A DNA stretch of 64,000 nucleotides from Octopus vulgaris (GCA_951406725.2 OX597818.1:101556001-101620000), one strand, 5' to 3'; counted from the first letter of the stretch, positions 40,081 through 56,104 are shown. Program-made: numbers and translations. Notes: generated by a model from the sequence alone, not told the origin.

Positions 40081-43000
40081 TACATGATTAAACAGTCTCA
40101 GATAAGAGAAAAAGTATAAACACTTACAAATTAGAATATACATAAGACGATGTTTCATGGGATGTCTATTTACTTCAGTCATGTTCGTGTATAAACTGTG
40201 TTACTGATTCTTCAACTTGTTATCTATTCCAGGAGAATGTTTTATTCTAAATAAGTGTGGTATATATTGCATACCAGTTTGTTTCATCTACATATATACA
40301 TATGGTAAGGAAGTCATACATAATGTTTCTTAATATGCAATATGAGCTTCTAAGTAGAGGTCTAAAAATACCGACTTAGAGAAAGATAGGATTACAATGA
40401 TCTCAGGGTCTTAATGACAAACGTAGATATGAGATAAATCCTAAATGTATCAAGTATATGGCAATCACAGCCGTTAGGTATAACTAGTCACGGTATAGAT
40501 AAGTGCTAAGGGATGAATGTAGAATTTAAGTATATGTAAAATTCTAAAGCCGACAGTGTCAAAACTGTGACTCAATAGGTTTTATATTATTGCAGCTATC
40601 AAACATATATATTAATCGATCGATCAAACATTTCATCTGTTTCCGATTCTTTTACTATTACTGATCTTTTATTAATGAGGTCGGATTTCCGCATATGAGT
40701 GATAAAATCAAGAGCAGACTGCTCAATATCAATAAGGGCTTTTACGAAGAAACTGGCGAAAGCTACCCGAGACACTGCTAAAGTATTTTCCTAAATTAGA
40801 CAGCAAAATAACGTGTAATATGCTTAATTCGTTTTCAGAGCAGAACATAAACTATCACAAATCACTTTGCTTTCTGTGATGATAAATATATCATCAATAA
40901 ATATTTTAATATATTTTTAATATATTTTAATATAATTTCTACAAGAAGCACAAGGCCTTTGAGCTAGATTAATATACGTTTCCTTACTTTTTGCATGAGG
41001 ATATGAAGTACATGTTATTCTGTAATTATACAAATACTACAAAATGGGGACATTTCGGTTTCATTATATTGTTCTTGGTTATAACTTTAGTATGTGGTTA
41101 ATTTTCTCATCTCCCATATTTTCTTGCTAGATTCTTCATTTTCTTCTGAATTGCTCATTCGTTCACCTTGCTATTATGTTATGTTCATAACTTGGTACCA
41201 TTTTATTTTTCTCGTGCGGTCCCGCGTAAATCTATAGACATGTGTCACAACAGAAGACGTCTATGTTACTTGTTGCCTTTTATATGAATTCTCCTCTTGA
41301 CATCGAAAGTGCAATTTTTATTTAAAGGGCAACAATATTAGTTTAAGACTATATAGCTAGTTGTATATAGTTTCCATTGTGTCTACGTTTGCATAAGTGT
41401 GGTATCGGCTTTCTACATATAAATGGCAGAAAATAAATAGAAGAGACTACCTACTTCGTTAGTATCTACAGATATCTATTGAGTTTCAAGTGAAGAAGAT
41501 ATCGGATACAGATGAAGTGAGTGTTACTTTCCTAAGGGCATATAATTTTTATGAAAGTTGTGTGAGATAGTAATTGGCGACAAGACAGTATTATAGCTTG
41601 TAAACATTGTCTGGCACAGGCTGGTCTTATTTAATATTCCAATGTGGTAATACTGACTATATCATTTCCCAGCCATGAGAATTTAAAGAAATTGCAGTGG
41701 AGTTTTGACGAAAATCGAATGTCGGTGACTCAGTTTCCATCCCTTCAGTTTTAGATCCCCGTTGTTTAATTACGCCATATCATTCACTATCGATTTTCAA
41801 CATAGTTGTCGTAAACAAATATTTAAAACTGTAATTACATATGTCAACACCGATACGAGGTGTCAGTTATAGAGCTAATTTAATAGATTCTATTGTTTGT
41901 GTGCGTGTAGTTTAAACACTTCTAAATGTTGCGTGTCGGGCAATAAATACTTCAATAAATTTCTTTACACACACGTGAGCTTTTCGGCATACGGTGTAAA
42001 TACGCACAAATGCACATAGACGAAACGAACACACTTGCAATTATTATAAATTTCCACTCATAAAACCCTACCAGTTGAAGTAGGTTCGCATTAAATGTAT
42101 ACTTTATTATGTATATCTCGCTTCTTGGTGTAAAAATTTACACGAGCCTGCAGTTATACATAGTGTTTGGACGATAAATTCTTTCGAAATCAAGGCCATA
42201 AAAGTGCAATGATTACAGTGTAATATATGTAAATGTTTACAGTCGTTGATGCCGTTTGCATTCTGGCCATTCTGTTGCACGTTCATTATTACTTTAAAAG
42301 GAGTGGTTTATATTTCTAAACTCATCGTTCCATTCTATTTCAGTATAAATATCTCAGCTGATCGACACATAAAAATCAATCAACAGTTTAAGCTAATCCT
42401 TTTGTAAATGTATATAGTATATGAAGATCAGAAATACCTTTACTAATGCTAGATAATTATTTCATGCTTACTATACATTTAAATAAATGTTTATGCTGCC
42501 CACCGAGAAGTAATATCGTGATAAGATTTCAGGTGCAATAGATATTTTTGTAACTAGCAAATTGTCTGATGGAGGCCGTCGTTTCTCCATTCATATTAGA
42601 TGTCGGCTTCCATAACAATATTTATACCATTTGCGTATTTTATTCGCAGAATTTCTAACTCTCCAGATGAAAACAGCAATCACTAAAATTAAGAATAGTC
42701 ACAGATAAATTGAATACGATTGATGTAATACTGTCATACATGGCACCAATTCCGTGTAGTTCACGACTTTTATAATTATGCAGATATAGTGTTTTTATGT
42801 CCATAGTTACCAAATTGGAAATATAATTACAATAAAAACAATATAATGAAGAAAAAAACAATATTCACAAAATATAGTAGAAAGAATAAAAGCAACTAAA
42901 TATCGACAGCTGTATAATGGAATAAATGAAACTCATTAATATGCCATATTATCATAGTTTGTTTATTAATTACAATCATGCTGAACGCAAAATTAATAAG

Positions 43001-43328
43001 ACCGTCTCTTTGTTGCCAAGAACTACTCATATCCGTCTACATTTATTTATACGTATGCATGTGTGTGTGTGTGAGAGGGAGAGGGAGAAAGTATGTGATC
43101 TAACCTACACAGACACACACAAAAGAGACATACACTCGAAGGTAGATATTTATAGAGATGATTATGTAAAGAAGCCTTTAAAAAGGTAATGGAACCCCAT
43201 TTCAAATCTAAATTTTCAACAAAATTTCCTCATGTATAAAGATCCACTATTGTAAAATACTTCGCTATATCTGCACAGTTTCATCACGATTATAGGATAA
43301 TACGTATAGAGAAATACGTACACACACA

Positions 43329-43370
<42 letters not shown>

Positions 43371-44036
43371 ACACACACACACACACAAACACACTCACAC
43401 TGACTCTCTCTTCCAGACACATATACATACCCAAGCAAATATGTATATAGTAATAGGTACGATACATGAAATGAGGAATTAAAACCTAAAATTTCGAGTG
43501 TTTCTCAAATAGTTGAGAGATATATACATGCGGGGTCACAGACACGGTAGGGCCTGGATGCTACTAATGACACTCAAAGTAGTATCATTAATACCAGTAA
43601 CTACTGCGAAGCAGCAGTATTCATGTGTGCGGGACAAAATATATGTATAAACGTATGTATGCATGTAAGTAAGTATATATTTGTGTGTATATGTTTTTTT
43701 CGGGAAGTCAGAGGGTAAGAAAGTATAACTTTCCTTGCAAAAGTTCAAAATCCTTGTTGCCAAAGACGCAAATATGCATATGTAAACCCAGAGAAAGAGG
43801 AAGAGAACAATGACTACTCCTTTAGATGTTAAAAATAGATGTTGAGATAAACATCCCTTATTTGCCTTGATACGAAATAGCTGTAGAAGGCGGGCGAAAT
43901 AACAGAAGACCTAGGGTTATAAATAGAGAACGAATTTAGAGTGGACTGTAGGTATTTGATATCTACTTTTAGTGTATAGGCACTCAAATTCCAGGGCACC
44001 TAATGATAATAATGTTCTAATTATATACTTAAAAAT

Positions 44037-44077
<41 letters not shown>

Positions 44078-44318
44078 CACACATACCTACATATATATAC
44101 ATACATACACACACATATATATATATATATACACACATACCTACATATATATACATACATACACACACTCACACATATATATACATATATAACTACATAT
44201 ATATATGTATATATATACATACATACACACACACACACATATGTATACATATATAACTACATACATATATGTATATATGTATATATACATATATATAGGT
44301 CTGTGTGTGTGTATGTTG

Positions 44319-44617
44319 TATAAAAGATTGTGGGTAATGCCAAAACAACGCGAAGTAAATGCAAGGTAAATCACAAGGAAACAAATATGTGAATTAAGGT
44401 CGACTTAACTGTGTATCCAATATTTCGGGAGTTATTACCTCATTTTCAAGAAATTGACGAACATTCACATCGGCAACATTCTTCAAATTCTTGAAAAGGG
44501 GGTCATAACCCGAAATACTAAATATAGTTCAGTCTACATAAATTCACATACCTGTTTTCTTGTGATTTACCTTGCATTTACTTCAAATTTTTTGGGCCTT
44601 ACCCATGATCTTTTATA
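44319..44617. repeat. Diverged fold-back (~138-bp arms, ~25-bp spacer)
   Basis: tataaaagattgtgggtaa...gaagtaaatgcaaggtaaatcacaag...tatttcggg...ttttcaagaa versus ttcttgaaaa...cccgaaata...cttgtgatttaccttgcatttacttc...ttacccatgatcttttata. Confidence 0.9.
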
Positions 44618-45415
44618 AAATATACTCTACACAATGCTTCGCAGTAATTATTCCATTATATATATATATATATATATATATACATACGTCTTTTCAGATA
44701 AGAACATGTATACTTGTTAATATACAATATCACAATTCATTTTTCACTTTTAACTTTGAATGATGAAAAGGTGTTTCTTCAACTGCTGTCTTAGCTGCAT
44801 TGCACTGTGGTTTTGTCTAGAGTTCCTCAGACAGAATTCTCGCAGCTCCTGATGCAGTCTGTGATATTTTGGGACAAGATCATCGATGGAGAGACTAGCT
44901 GGGTATACGAGGAGACCGTTTTGGTCATTCTAATTTCTGCAAGACGTGTGAACAATGTCATATTTATTGTCGTCATCAGGCGCAGAAGTACTTCAGTAAC
45001 AGTATTGGGGGAAATGGTATAAATACATAGACATAAATCTATACATACATGCATACATATACGCATGTATGTATAGATAGATGTATAGAGAGAGAGAGAG
45101 AGAGGAAGTGAGAGACACACTGACACACAGAGATACACACACGCATGAAATAAACCATACATACATAAGTGTGTCAATGCATGTGCTAAAGAAAGCGAAA
45201 GGGAAAAGAAATATAGCAACGCTATTACATATAAATCTCTATGATATGCACAGTAGATACCTTTATAAATGTAAAACTCTAATCCTTATTATATAATTAG
45301 TGGAAAGATTTGTACTAAAATGCCCATATTTCGCCTGCATATTAGTCTTCTTATTGTATGTTAATTCATTGATTTCTCAGCGCCAAATATATTTCTGATG
45401 TCTCTCCGTTTCTTC

Positions 45416-45574
<159 letters not shown>

Positions 45575-46348
45575 CACATAAGTTATCCAGAAAAAATATG
45601 TCATTGAAGCATTTCAATTATCGGATGGAATGCAGTTTTTCGTTTTAAGTTATAAAATTATATCCTATATAGATATATGTCAGCTAAATGAATACAGGAA
45701 TTTAATATTTCAGATCATATGTCGTGATCTGAACCGACGTACTTCAGTTCTATTCTGGGCTGATAGGCGTTATATTTCAGTTGTATTTGACTGAAATTCA
45801 CACATGATACGGCGTAGAACAAATGGCAGTTATTAAATTGAAAAAGAGAATCTAATGGAATATTAGAAACGACAATGCTTAAACGATTTGAAATTCTTGT
45901 TAAAATTAATTATGTAGAATTCTAAAAAATGCATATGGGGCATTATTTTGGCAAGTGTGTACTATATTGCATTCGATAAATAGTTACGTCGAACTAAACA
46001 CACACACACAGACAGACAGACACACACACATATATATTTACTTATATACGTGCCACCATGTCAGCAGCTTAAAGGCTGATGCGTTTAAATGAATAGAAGA
46101 TATATATGTGCGTGTGTGGGTGTGTTTGTGTGTGCACCATGTTGGGCTAAAGTGCATCTGGGTTCACTATGAAAGAATGATACTAGAGCTGGGATTTCTT
46201 GAATGCGTTACTTTCATCACTTCATATTACTGTACAGATATCTGACTGTTCAAAGAAAGCCAAGAGCGTTACTGCCTCATAGAAAGTGAAGGTCCCAGAT
46301 TTTGGGGAAGGCATAACAGGTATTCCCAGTATCATATATTCGCGAATA

Positions 46349-46402
<54 letters not shown>

Positions 46403-46490
46403 ATGTGTACTTCGTAAACACCAGTCGTTTTTTTCTCCATCTCTTGTTGCCCACTTTGGGATCTTTCTTTCCTCTCTCTTCCTTCTTTAT

Positions 46491-46525
46491 GTTTCCGACG
46501 AAGAGCTCCGCTCGAAACGTCATAC
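46491..46525 (+). ncRNA. Minimal type I hammerhead-like motif in a short (TA)n-flanked element (~46401-46622)
   Basis: gttt-CCGACGA-aGAGCtccGCTC-GAAAC-GTC-atac. Stem II is GAGC/GCTC and stem III is a loop-less ACGT palindrome; one core change (CCG for CUG). Confidence 0.5.
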
Positions 46526-46619
46526 CTTCCTGCTTCCATATTTCCTGAGCGCCTATTAATAATAATACTGTAATTGTTCCACTGTTGTTGTTTTTTTGTT
46601 TTCCCGTTTGGATTAAAAT

Positions 46620-46666
<47 letters not shown>

Positions 46667-46909
46667 TATCAGAGTAAGAAACAATTTTGAAATTTTTCTA
46701 GCGAGTAGAAAAATTAATCAATAGGCTATATATTATTCATATAAATACAGAAATTTATCCCTAATATTGGTTTGTATTTCGGCTATTCCTTCTAGCGTGA
46801 CAGGTATAATATTATCGATACCTCGTGTGTTTAAATGCACACTGTATATAAATATATATATATATATATATATACATACATATATGTGCATATACATATA
46901 TGTATGAAG

Positions 46910-47090
46910 TCACATAGCTCAGTGGTTGGCTCACAATCACGAGATAGTGTGTTGTGTGCTTGAGCAAGACACTTTATTTCACGTTTCTCCAGAAATGATT
47001 TGCGACATCACTGTTGCCAAGCTACGTCATATTTTCCTTTCCCTTGGTGTAGAGAGTGGAGGCTTCTACGCATAAGCAACTGGTTGTCAC
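46910..47090 (+). mobile_element. SINE family D, diverged and deleted
   Basis: tagctcagtggtt...tgtgttgtgtgcttgagcaagacactttatttcacg...tgcgacatcactgttgccaagct parallels 55590-55760. Confidence 0.65.
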
Positions 47091-47149
47091 TAACACGCAA
47101 TGAGAAAAAAGTCCCCTGAAACAATCAAATCCCCTACTACACTAGCCTC

Positions 47150-48250
47150 CACATTTCTATTAAATGCAAAAGGTTTTGGCCCTTCTATCAATGCTAAAAA
47201 ATGGAAGGGTCCAATACATTACGGATTGGGTTGTTAACCATCCACACCACATCCGTTTCTTCATACTTACCGAAATCCACCTAGACTACTTGGTGTTCGA
47301 AATGAAAGTAAGGAATTTCAAAACCATCCACGCGGATCCAGTCGACAGAAGGAAGGGCGGAACTGCTATTTTCCTCCATGTTACCTTTTCGGCATATGAC
47401 CTGATAGCGGGTTGGCTTTATAGGCCACCTGAAACACTCATACTACGCTTTAAACAGTGCCCCAGCAGTGCTTTTTTCAACAGTGCCATTCTAATAGCAT
47501 AATTATGATGGGAGATTTTAATGTACCATGTGTTGATTGGTCTAGAAACAGTTCAAAATCATGTGCTCCTACCTCAACTGCTAACAAAGAAGCAGTAGAG
47601 TCACTTCTCGACTGTATAAATAAGTTTTTCTTGTTCCAACTTATCCTTGCGCCAACGATATATCAGAACCTTTTAAACCTTTTTTAGTTGCCAAACTAAC
47701 ACTTCTATCAGATCATGACATGGTTCTCTGTAACCTTACATGGTTCTCTGCAACCTGAGATTCACCAGCCGAAAGCTAACCCTAGTGACATCTCTCCAGC
47801 CACCCGTTTCATTCCATAGATCCCTATGATGCTGATTGGGACGCAATCATAAACGAGCTATCACATGCTGGCTTCTCTTTCACATTCACATCCCTCCTCC
47901 AACATCAAAATATCTTGGCAGGTCTTTATACATACTGTCACAAATATATGTGCCATAACACATCCCGCCTTCAACTGTGAAGAAAACAAGTGCAGAATTC
48001 ACAAAACAGAAAACCTACTATTAGAAAAATAAAAAGAACAATCAAAAAAATTAACAAAATATAATACTGCCAACAGCCAGAGAGAAATTCGATGGGTATC
48101 ACCCTGCCCGAATCAAAAAATAACCCCCAACAAGATACAAAGACCATTAACAATAGCCAAAGAAGAGCTGAGAGGAAATAGGCCATATAGAATATGAAAC
48201 TAAACTCCAAATTGTTCTCTTTTGCAAAAAAACACAAGGTGTGTGACTCC
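47150..48250 (+). mobile_element. CR1/Jockey-group LINE ORF2 5' remnant (APE domain)
   Basis: FFILTEIHL; DRRKGGTAIFL; LYRPPE; IIMMGDFNVPCVDW; QLILAPTIYQNLLNL; later NMKLNSKLFSFAKK. Multiple frameshifts. Confidence 0.8.
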
Positions 48251-48380
48251 AGTATAGAACCTCTAACACTGGCAGAAACTTATCAAAGCATATATATGAA
48301 TATATATGTATGTACGTATGTATGTATGTATGTATGTATGTATGTATGTATGTATGTATGTATGTATGTATGTATGTATG

Positions 48381-48458
<78 letters not shown>

Positions 48459-48548
48459 TGTGTGTGTGTGGTGTCTATATATATATATATATATGTAGGA
48501 GGCATGTATATTTATATGTATATATGTATATATGTGCGTGTATATATG

Positions 48549-48589
<41 letters not shown>

Positions 48590-49360
48590 CGCGAGAACGG
48601 ATTACATACATTTTTGTACACCTTTTAAGAATATACGTAAATTCTGTACATCTTTAGTCCTTCTTTTTGTCTCCCTCATACTTTCTTCTTCCTTTCCTCT
48701 GTTCTTTTTCTCTCTACCCATCTCTCATATTTGTTGGCATTTTCATTCTTCAAGCTATCCACTTTCCTACGTTATCTCCCTTGCAACTTCCCCTTCATCT
48801 CTTCTCTTTCGTTTTACTCTCTCTATCTCTCTCTCTCTCTCTCTCTGTCTAGTTCCTTCCCTAATTCTTCGATCTCTCCCCCACTTCCACTCTCTTTTCC
48901 ATCCAAGTGACCTGTGTTCGGTGAAGCATGACATTTCTTTCTTGACAGACTGCCGCCCGTAAAGCGCCTCTTATTTTCCTGTCTCCTAACTTTCATGTGT
49001 GTTTGTGCCTCAAGGCTTTTACCCCACACGCCAGCTCAACTTGATTCGTCGTTATTAGTCGAAAGACACCTGTTCTTATAGTCTTGTTTCTATATATTAA
49101 TCATGTAACATTTTCTCCGTTTTCTCGTTCTTTTGTCCGTGTTGTCGTACACATTCGCTTGGTTTCCCCTAAAAATTTAATGACCAGCCAATTCTGAACA
49201 GTCTGAAATGTAATAGGACGAAAGTGTAATGATAATTTGGAAATTTGATTTATGAATAGAAGGTCATGAATGATCCTTTCTTGCATTTTCCTGTCATTCA
49301 TTGTATCGTCTATCTGTCTGTATGTCTTATTGTCATCTCTTACGTTCTTATTCCATTTAT

Positions 49361-49421
<61 letters not shown>

Positions 49422-49659
49422 TATTAAAAGGAATTACAACTCCGCCTGTTTTTTATGTTTTACTCATATTCTTTTTAATATTAATGTAAGAATATATAAT
49501 ATATAATATAAATAGTATATATACTGTAAAATGAAATGAAGTATTGATTGTCTTATTGAATATATGAAATATTGAATATCAAACATTAAAAGACTAGTAT
49601 ACTTTCTTGCATTGAGGCAGTCTTCAAGATTCCAGGTTGTGACAGGAGTGTTTCAACTG

Positions 49660-49708
<49 letters not shown>

Positions 49709-50234
49709 GTGTGTGTGTATGTATGCTTGTATATATGTGTGTATGTATGTATGTATGTATTTATGTATCTATGTATCTATGTATGTACTAGACTGAAACA
49801 AACTCGCAAACATATTACTCATATGCTTTATACTACAAATGATATATTTCTAATCTAAGAAATGTTGCTGCATCTATGTATGCAAATTAATACAGAAATA
49901 ATCTAAAACAGGCAATTAATATGCTGGAAACTGATTTCCTATAAAAAAGACTTCCATTTCAATTTATATGCTTTTTAATAATATACAACATCTAAAATTT
50001 GTGGAACATTTTAATCTGGTAAACACGTTTTTTTTTTGGTTATTTTTTCTTAATTTTGAAAAAATAATTTTAAAACTGTTCTGCATTTAATGTAAGATTC
50101 TATGGTAACGATTATAATATCGACGATTATTGAATGCATTACATGTAATATATGATACTTGAAGAAATATACGCTTATTGAAATATCCACGGTAAGCGTG
50201 TGCTTACGAATGTGTGTGTGCAAGTGCGTATGCA

Positions 50235-50277
<43 letters not shown>

Positions 50278-50278
50278 T

Positions 50279-50314
<36 letters not shown>

Positions 50315-50407
50315 TGTGTGTGTATGCACACGTATGTGTATATATATAAGCATAAACACAAGTACATATATACTTATATATAGTCAAATACATATATGCC
50401 TAAACTA

Positions 50408-50573
50408 GAGGCGCAAGTTTGGCTGTGTGGTAAGTAGCTTGCTTATCAACTACATTGTTCCTGGTTCAGTCCCACTGCGTGTCACCTTATTCAAGTGTCT
50501 TCTACTATACCGTCGGGAGGATCAAAGCCTTTTGAGTGGATTTGGTAGAAGGAAACTGAATGAATCCCGTCGC

Positions 50574-50615
<42 letters not shown>

Positions 50616-50877
50616 TTGTGTGTGTTTGTGAGTGTGTGTGTGCTTGTGTGTGTGTGTGTGTGTATTTATGTTTCTGTGTTTTCCCCTCACATCGCTTGAC
50701 AACTGATGCTGGCGTGTTTATGTCCCCGTCAATTAGCGGTTCTGCAAGAGAGATAGATAAAATAAGTACTTCGCTTACAAAGAATAAGTCCTGTTGTCGA
50801 TTTGCCCAACTAAAGGCGGTGCTTCAGCATGGCCAGAGTCAAATGACTGAAACAAATAAAAGAATAAAGGAATAAAA
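50408..50877 (+). mobile_element. Full-length tRNA-derived SINE family A with internal microsatellite
   Basis: A box TGGCTGTGTGG (50420), B box GGTTCAGTCCC (50463), internal (TA)n(TG)n, tail ...gcttcagcatggccagagtcaaatgactgaaacaaataaaagaataaagg. Confidence 0.85.
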
Positions 50878-50917
50878 CCTAATTTTGCAGATTGACATGT
50901 GTATATACGATCATATT

Positions 50918-50976
<59 letters not shown>

Positions 50977-52720
50977 CCTGTGTGTGTGTCTGTAAGTATA
51001 CATATATATGTATACGTATATATATATATATATACAACATACCAAGTTTTAGAGTAATACATATCTTGATACGCTTATCGATGAGACGACAAAATCGACG
51101 AGGGAGATGTGAAATACGAAATATTTAAAAAGAAAAACCGAAATTTTATGTTCCATACACAATGGAAACCTTGCTGACACGAATGTCGTTTCCTCTAAAA
51201 AAAACACCGCATTTTACTTTCGATGAATAATATATGCATTTATGGAAATTCTTAACATTTTAACAAGAGAAGAAATCATAATTTATGTGTAATATGAAAC
51301 ACCAAAGACAGATTTTGTTTACGGTATAGAGATAATAAAATCTATTGAACATATAACCTTCATTGATTGTAAGCAAAACGTGTCACAGATTAAGCTCTAT
51401 TATTAATTCAAAATTTACTCTGAAGATATGAAAAGGAAATGGAAATACTTCTAAGAATATATTCCCATAAAATACGAATTAATTACGTCAAATTATATGA
51501 TAAAACTCTAAATTGTGTAAGACTTTTAGAATTAAGAAAGGTAACAGAGGCAGTATACATAACAATTTACTGGCTATACCATAAACATTGTCTCGACTCT
51601 CACATGAATATGAACTCTGGTGTAGATTTGCATGACGTTATTTCCTTCTTCAGGTTTTCTAGCACATACTTCGCATTATTTTCTTTGCTTGCTTGTAAAG
51701 AACAATCTTCTCGAGGCCATTATTGTCGGATACTTTCGTAAAAATATATTTGTTTTATACATTTTGAAGAGTAAAGTCATCACTCACAGTTATACATACA
51801 CATCTTTAAGGGCAGAGATATATTTATCATGCATGGCTAACCGAGTACCAGATGCTCCTTAATTATTCAAAAGAACGTCATTAATATACGTAAGTTCCTC
51901 AAGCAAGATGTGTTTATATCTATTTAAGTAAATTAACTTCTTAAAAATATATGTAATATATGCGATTATAAAAATATGTTCTTAACTGCATTGCAGTTAA
52001 TTCTCTTCTAAGGTTATGGAATCTAAAACATCACAACCTTACCTTTTCGCATACGTAAAGGAAATTTTTTGAAATGACATCCTTGCTATGAGTGAGGCTA
52101 ATATCCAGCACTATATTTGAGATGTTCTTCTCCCCTATAACGGAAACTTGAAAGGAATGACGTGTTTCTTTGACAAACATTATTACATCATTCCATTTAC
52201 ATAAACGGTTTCATTTATATCATTGGTCATGTTGAGATGTTTCATCCGGGTACATATGTTTAAAGGTATCAAAAAAAAAAAAGAAAAACGTAGAAATAAA
52301 ACTGTTATACCTTTACGCTATCAGCATTGTAGTTCGGTTGATATTGCCGACAATAGATAAAGAATACACTACAAAAGTGTTATAAAAATACAAAATAAAA
52401 CAGCGTCAGTAACAAATACGTAACTCACAAACGATCTTTTACGAACCAAATATCAATATTTCCCCCACACTAATTCGAACTGTAAACTATGACTGGGCTT
52501 CGAAGGCCAACCTGCAAACTGACGACTACATCACTGCTACTAGTTATATGCAATGTTCACATCCATTGTCTTCAAAGAGTATCGTACTCTCACTACGATA
52601 AAACCTACATATTTTCAATACACAAATACATAAGCATACCTTCTGATCAGGTAAGTATGCATTGCTACAATTTTAAAAGAGTGAAACATCAATATAAATA
52701 TATAAGTACACACACACACA

Positions 52721-52775
<55 letters not shown>

Positions 52776-53004
52776 GGACATACGTCCGTTCCCCCCGTCT
52801 CGAACATCTTCCCTAACAACACATTCCCGTCATTTGGCTCGCCTGTAACTGTTCCTCGGAATCCTTCCCTGTAAAATAACATATGTGTGTGTGTGTGTGT
52901 GTGTGTGTGTATGCATATAAACCCACGGTCATATGGCGTAGGAGTCAAGTGTGTGGACTACTAGTGCCACAATTCCGTGTTTGATTCCGGGCATTGACCT
53001 AAAT

Positions 53005-53006
<2 letters not shown>

Positions 53007-53084
<78 letters not shown>

Positions 53085-53160
53085 TAATAATAATAATAAT
53101 AATAACGATAATAATAATTATAATGATAATAATCATAATAATAATAGTAATAATAATAAT
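53007..53160. repeat. (AAT)n tract
   Basis: Direct reading; further (AAT)n tracts at 53479-53591 and 54764-54926. Confidence 0.95.
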
Positions 53161-54315
<1,155 letters not shown>

Positions 54316-54329
54316 TAATAATAATATCA

Positions 54330-54763
54330 ATACCACAGATTTGCTTGTCAGTTGTTTGATCATAACCATTTGAGCATGTCCCTTAGTGGCTGACGATATG
54401 TGCATCTCTGATCACGAGCAGAAGTAGTCGGGGAGCATCATAGCCATGTGTTGAGAGGGATTCTTTGGGGTTTGAATAATTCACCTCTGGATACATGGGT
54501 GGTTCTTTCAACATCCTTAAACAACCCTTATTCAGGGACCTTTTGAGCGGGATGGGCTACTCAACTTGAAGAAAATTGTAACTGGGCCCCACCTGCAAGG
54601 TCATGTGCTGTTTATCTTGATATGAGATCACCATGTCGCGCACATATGGTTGTGATGCATGTGCCTGGTGTACCCTTATCAGACGGGTAGTCATGATGGG
54701 TATATTGGGCTTCGTATATTTTAGCCCAGTGTCATTTTGATGGCATGCACTGCTCTCTCACTC
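54330..54763 (+). mobile_element. Non-coding retroposon-like insert ending in (AAT)n
   Basis: GC-richer ~430-bp block between (AAT) repeats, ending ...tgctctctcactc(aat)n, with no ORF. Family unassigned. Confidence 0.5.
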
Positions 54764-54800
54764 AATAATAATAATAATAACAATTATAATAATTATAATG

Positions 54801-54930
<130 letters not shown>

Positions 54931-55006
54931 CAACAACAATAGCAACAACAACAACAACATCGAAAAGTACCTTAGGAATGAGAACCTAGATTTGAAATTT
55001 TCCCAA

Positions 55007-55050
55007 GACAGCTGAGGAAGTCTGGAGGCTATATTAGTCGAGACGTGTTA
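55007..55050 (+). ncRNA. Degenerate hammerhead-like motif in a short element (~54958-55138)
   Basis: acag-CTGAGGA-agtctgg...tagtc-GAGAC-GT-gtta: CUGANGA intact, GAAA changed to GAGA, ACGT palindrome present. Confidence 0.35.
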
Positions 55051-55169
55051 ACAACAAACAAGATGAGGAGAAATAACCGTCAATTGTTAATAAGGTAATT
55101 AATGTGCATCCCTCCTCATCTATTAAATATAGAACTGTATATATATATTCATATGCTTATCTTATATGC

Positions 55170-55445
55170 GCGTGGCTTTATGCTTTCGGTTGTGGATCGA
55201 AGAGTTGCAAGTTCGATTCTCGGTGGTGCGTTGTGTCATTGAAAAAAAAAGCCCCACTTTATTTCAGGTTACTCCAGTCTGCTCAGCTGGAAGAAATGAA
55301 CGGTGCCACTGTTTCAAGGGCCAGCCTTGTGACACTCTGTGTCACGCTGAATCTGCCAGCAAAGTATTTGAAGGGGAACTCGTGTTTAGGGAGTGCTCAG
55401 CCACTAGCATGTTAATCGCACTACAATATGTTCGGTTGACAGTAT
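55170..55445 (+). mobile_element. tRNA-type SINE sharing its 3' part with 59804-60180
   Basis: GTTCGATTC B box; tttcaagggccagccttgtgacactctgtgtcacgctgaatc matches 60006-60048. Confidence 0.7.
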
Positions 55446-55475
55446 TTTCTCTCCCGCTCTCCCCCCTCTCTCCCC

Positions 55476-55518
<43 letters not shown>

Positions 55519-55587
55519 AATGTGTGTGTGTGTGTGTGTGCGTTAGTGCGTGCGTGTGTATATACTATATATATATATACGGGTAAA

Positions 55588-55920
55588 GGCGCAGGGCTCA
55601 GTGGTTAGACCGTCGAGCTTATCATCGTGAAGTTGTGAGTTCAATTCCCGGACCGAACCGCGTGTTGTGTTCTTGAGTAAGACATTTCACTTCTCATTGC
55701 TCCAGTTAACTCAGCTGTAGAAATGAGTTGCGACGTCACTTGTGCCAAGCTGTATCGGCCATTGCCTTTCCCTTCTATAACATCAGTTGTGTGGAGAAGG
55801 GGGCTCGTATGCATGGGCGACTATTGGTCTTCCTCAAACAAATTTGCTCGTACTTGTGCTACGGAGGATAACTTTCTCGGGGCAATTCCATGGTCATTCA
55901 TGACCGAAGGGGGTCTCCTT
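55588..55920 (+). mobile_element. tRNA-derived SINE family D
   Basis: ggcgcaGGGCTCAGTGGttaga...gtgAGTTCAATTCCcgg A/B boxes; body homologous to 46910-47090. Confidence 0.8.
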
Positions 55921-55921
55921 G

Positions 55922-55996
<75 letters not shown>

Positions 55997-56068
55997 GTAA
56001 GTAAATTGTAACTATATATTAGATCGCGCTAGCTACACCTTTTTCTCTCCTTGTTTCTTTCTGTGTTC

Positions 56069-56104
56069 CTTTCTGTCGAAGGGCGTAGGCTCGAAACGTT
56101 AAAT
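56069..56104 (+). ncRNA. Minimal hammerhead-like variant in a short (TA)n-flanked element (~55996-56200)
   Basis: ttt-CTGTCGA-aGGGCgtagGCTC-GAAAC-GTT-aaa. Same architecture as 46491-46525, with a non-canonical CUGUCGA core and GUU triplet. Confidence 0.4.

Noticed and set aside
44040-44290. ~55-bp higher-order periodicity within a CA/TA tract
   Set aside because: Ordinary duplication of compound microsatellite units.
49591-49630. Minus-strand TTGAAGA-cTGC...GCAa-GAAA...GTC hammerhead-like motif
   Set aside because: Core altered and stems I and III unconvincing; too weak to list as a feature.
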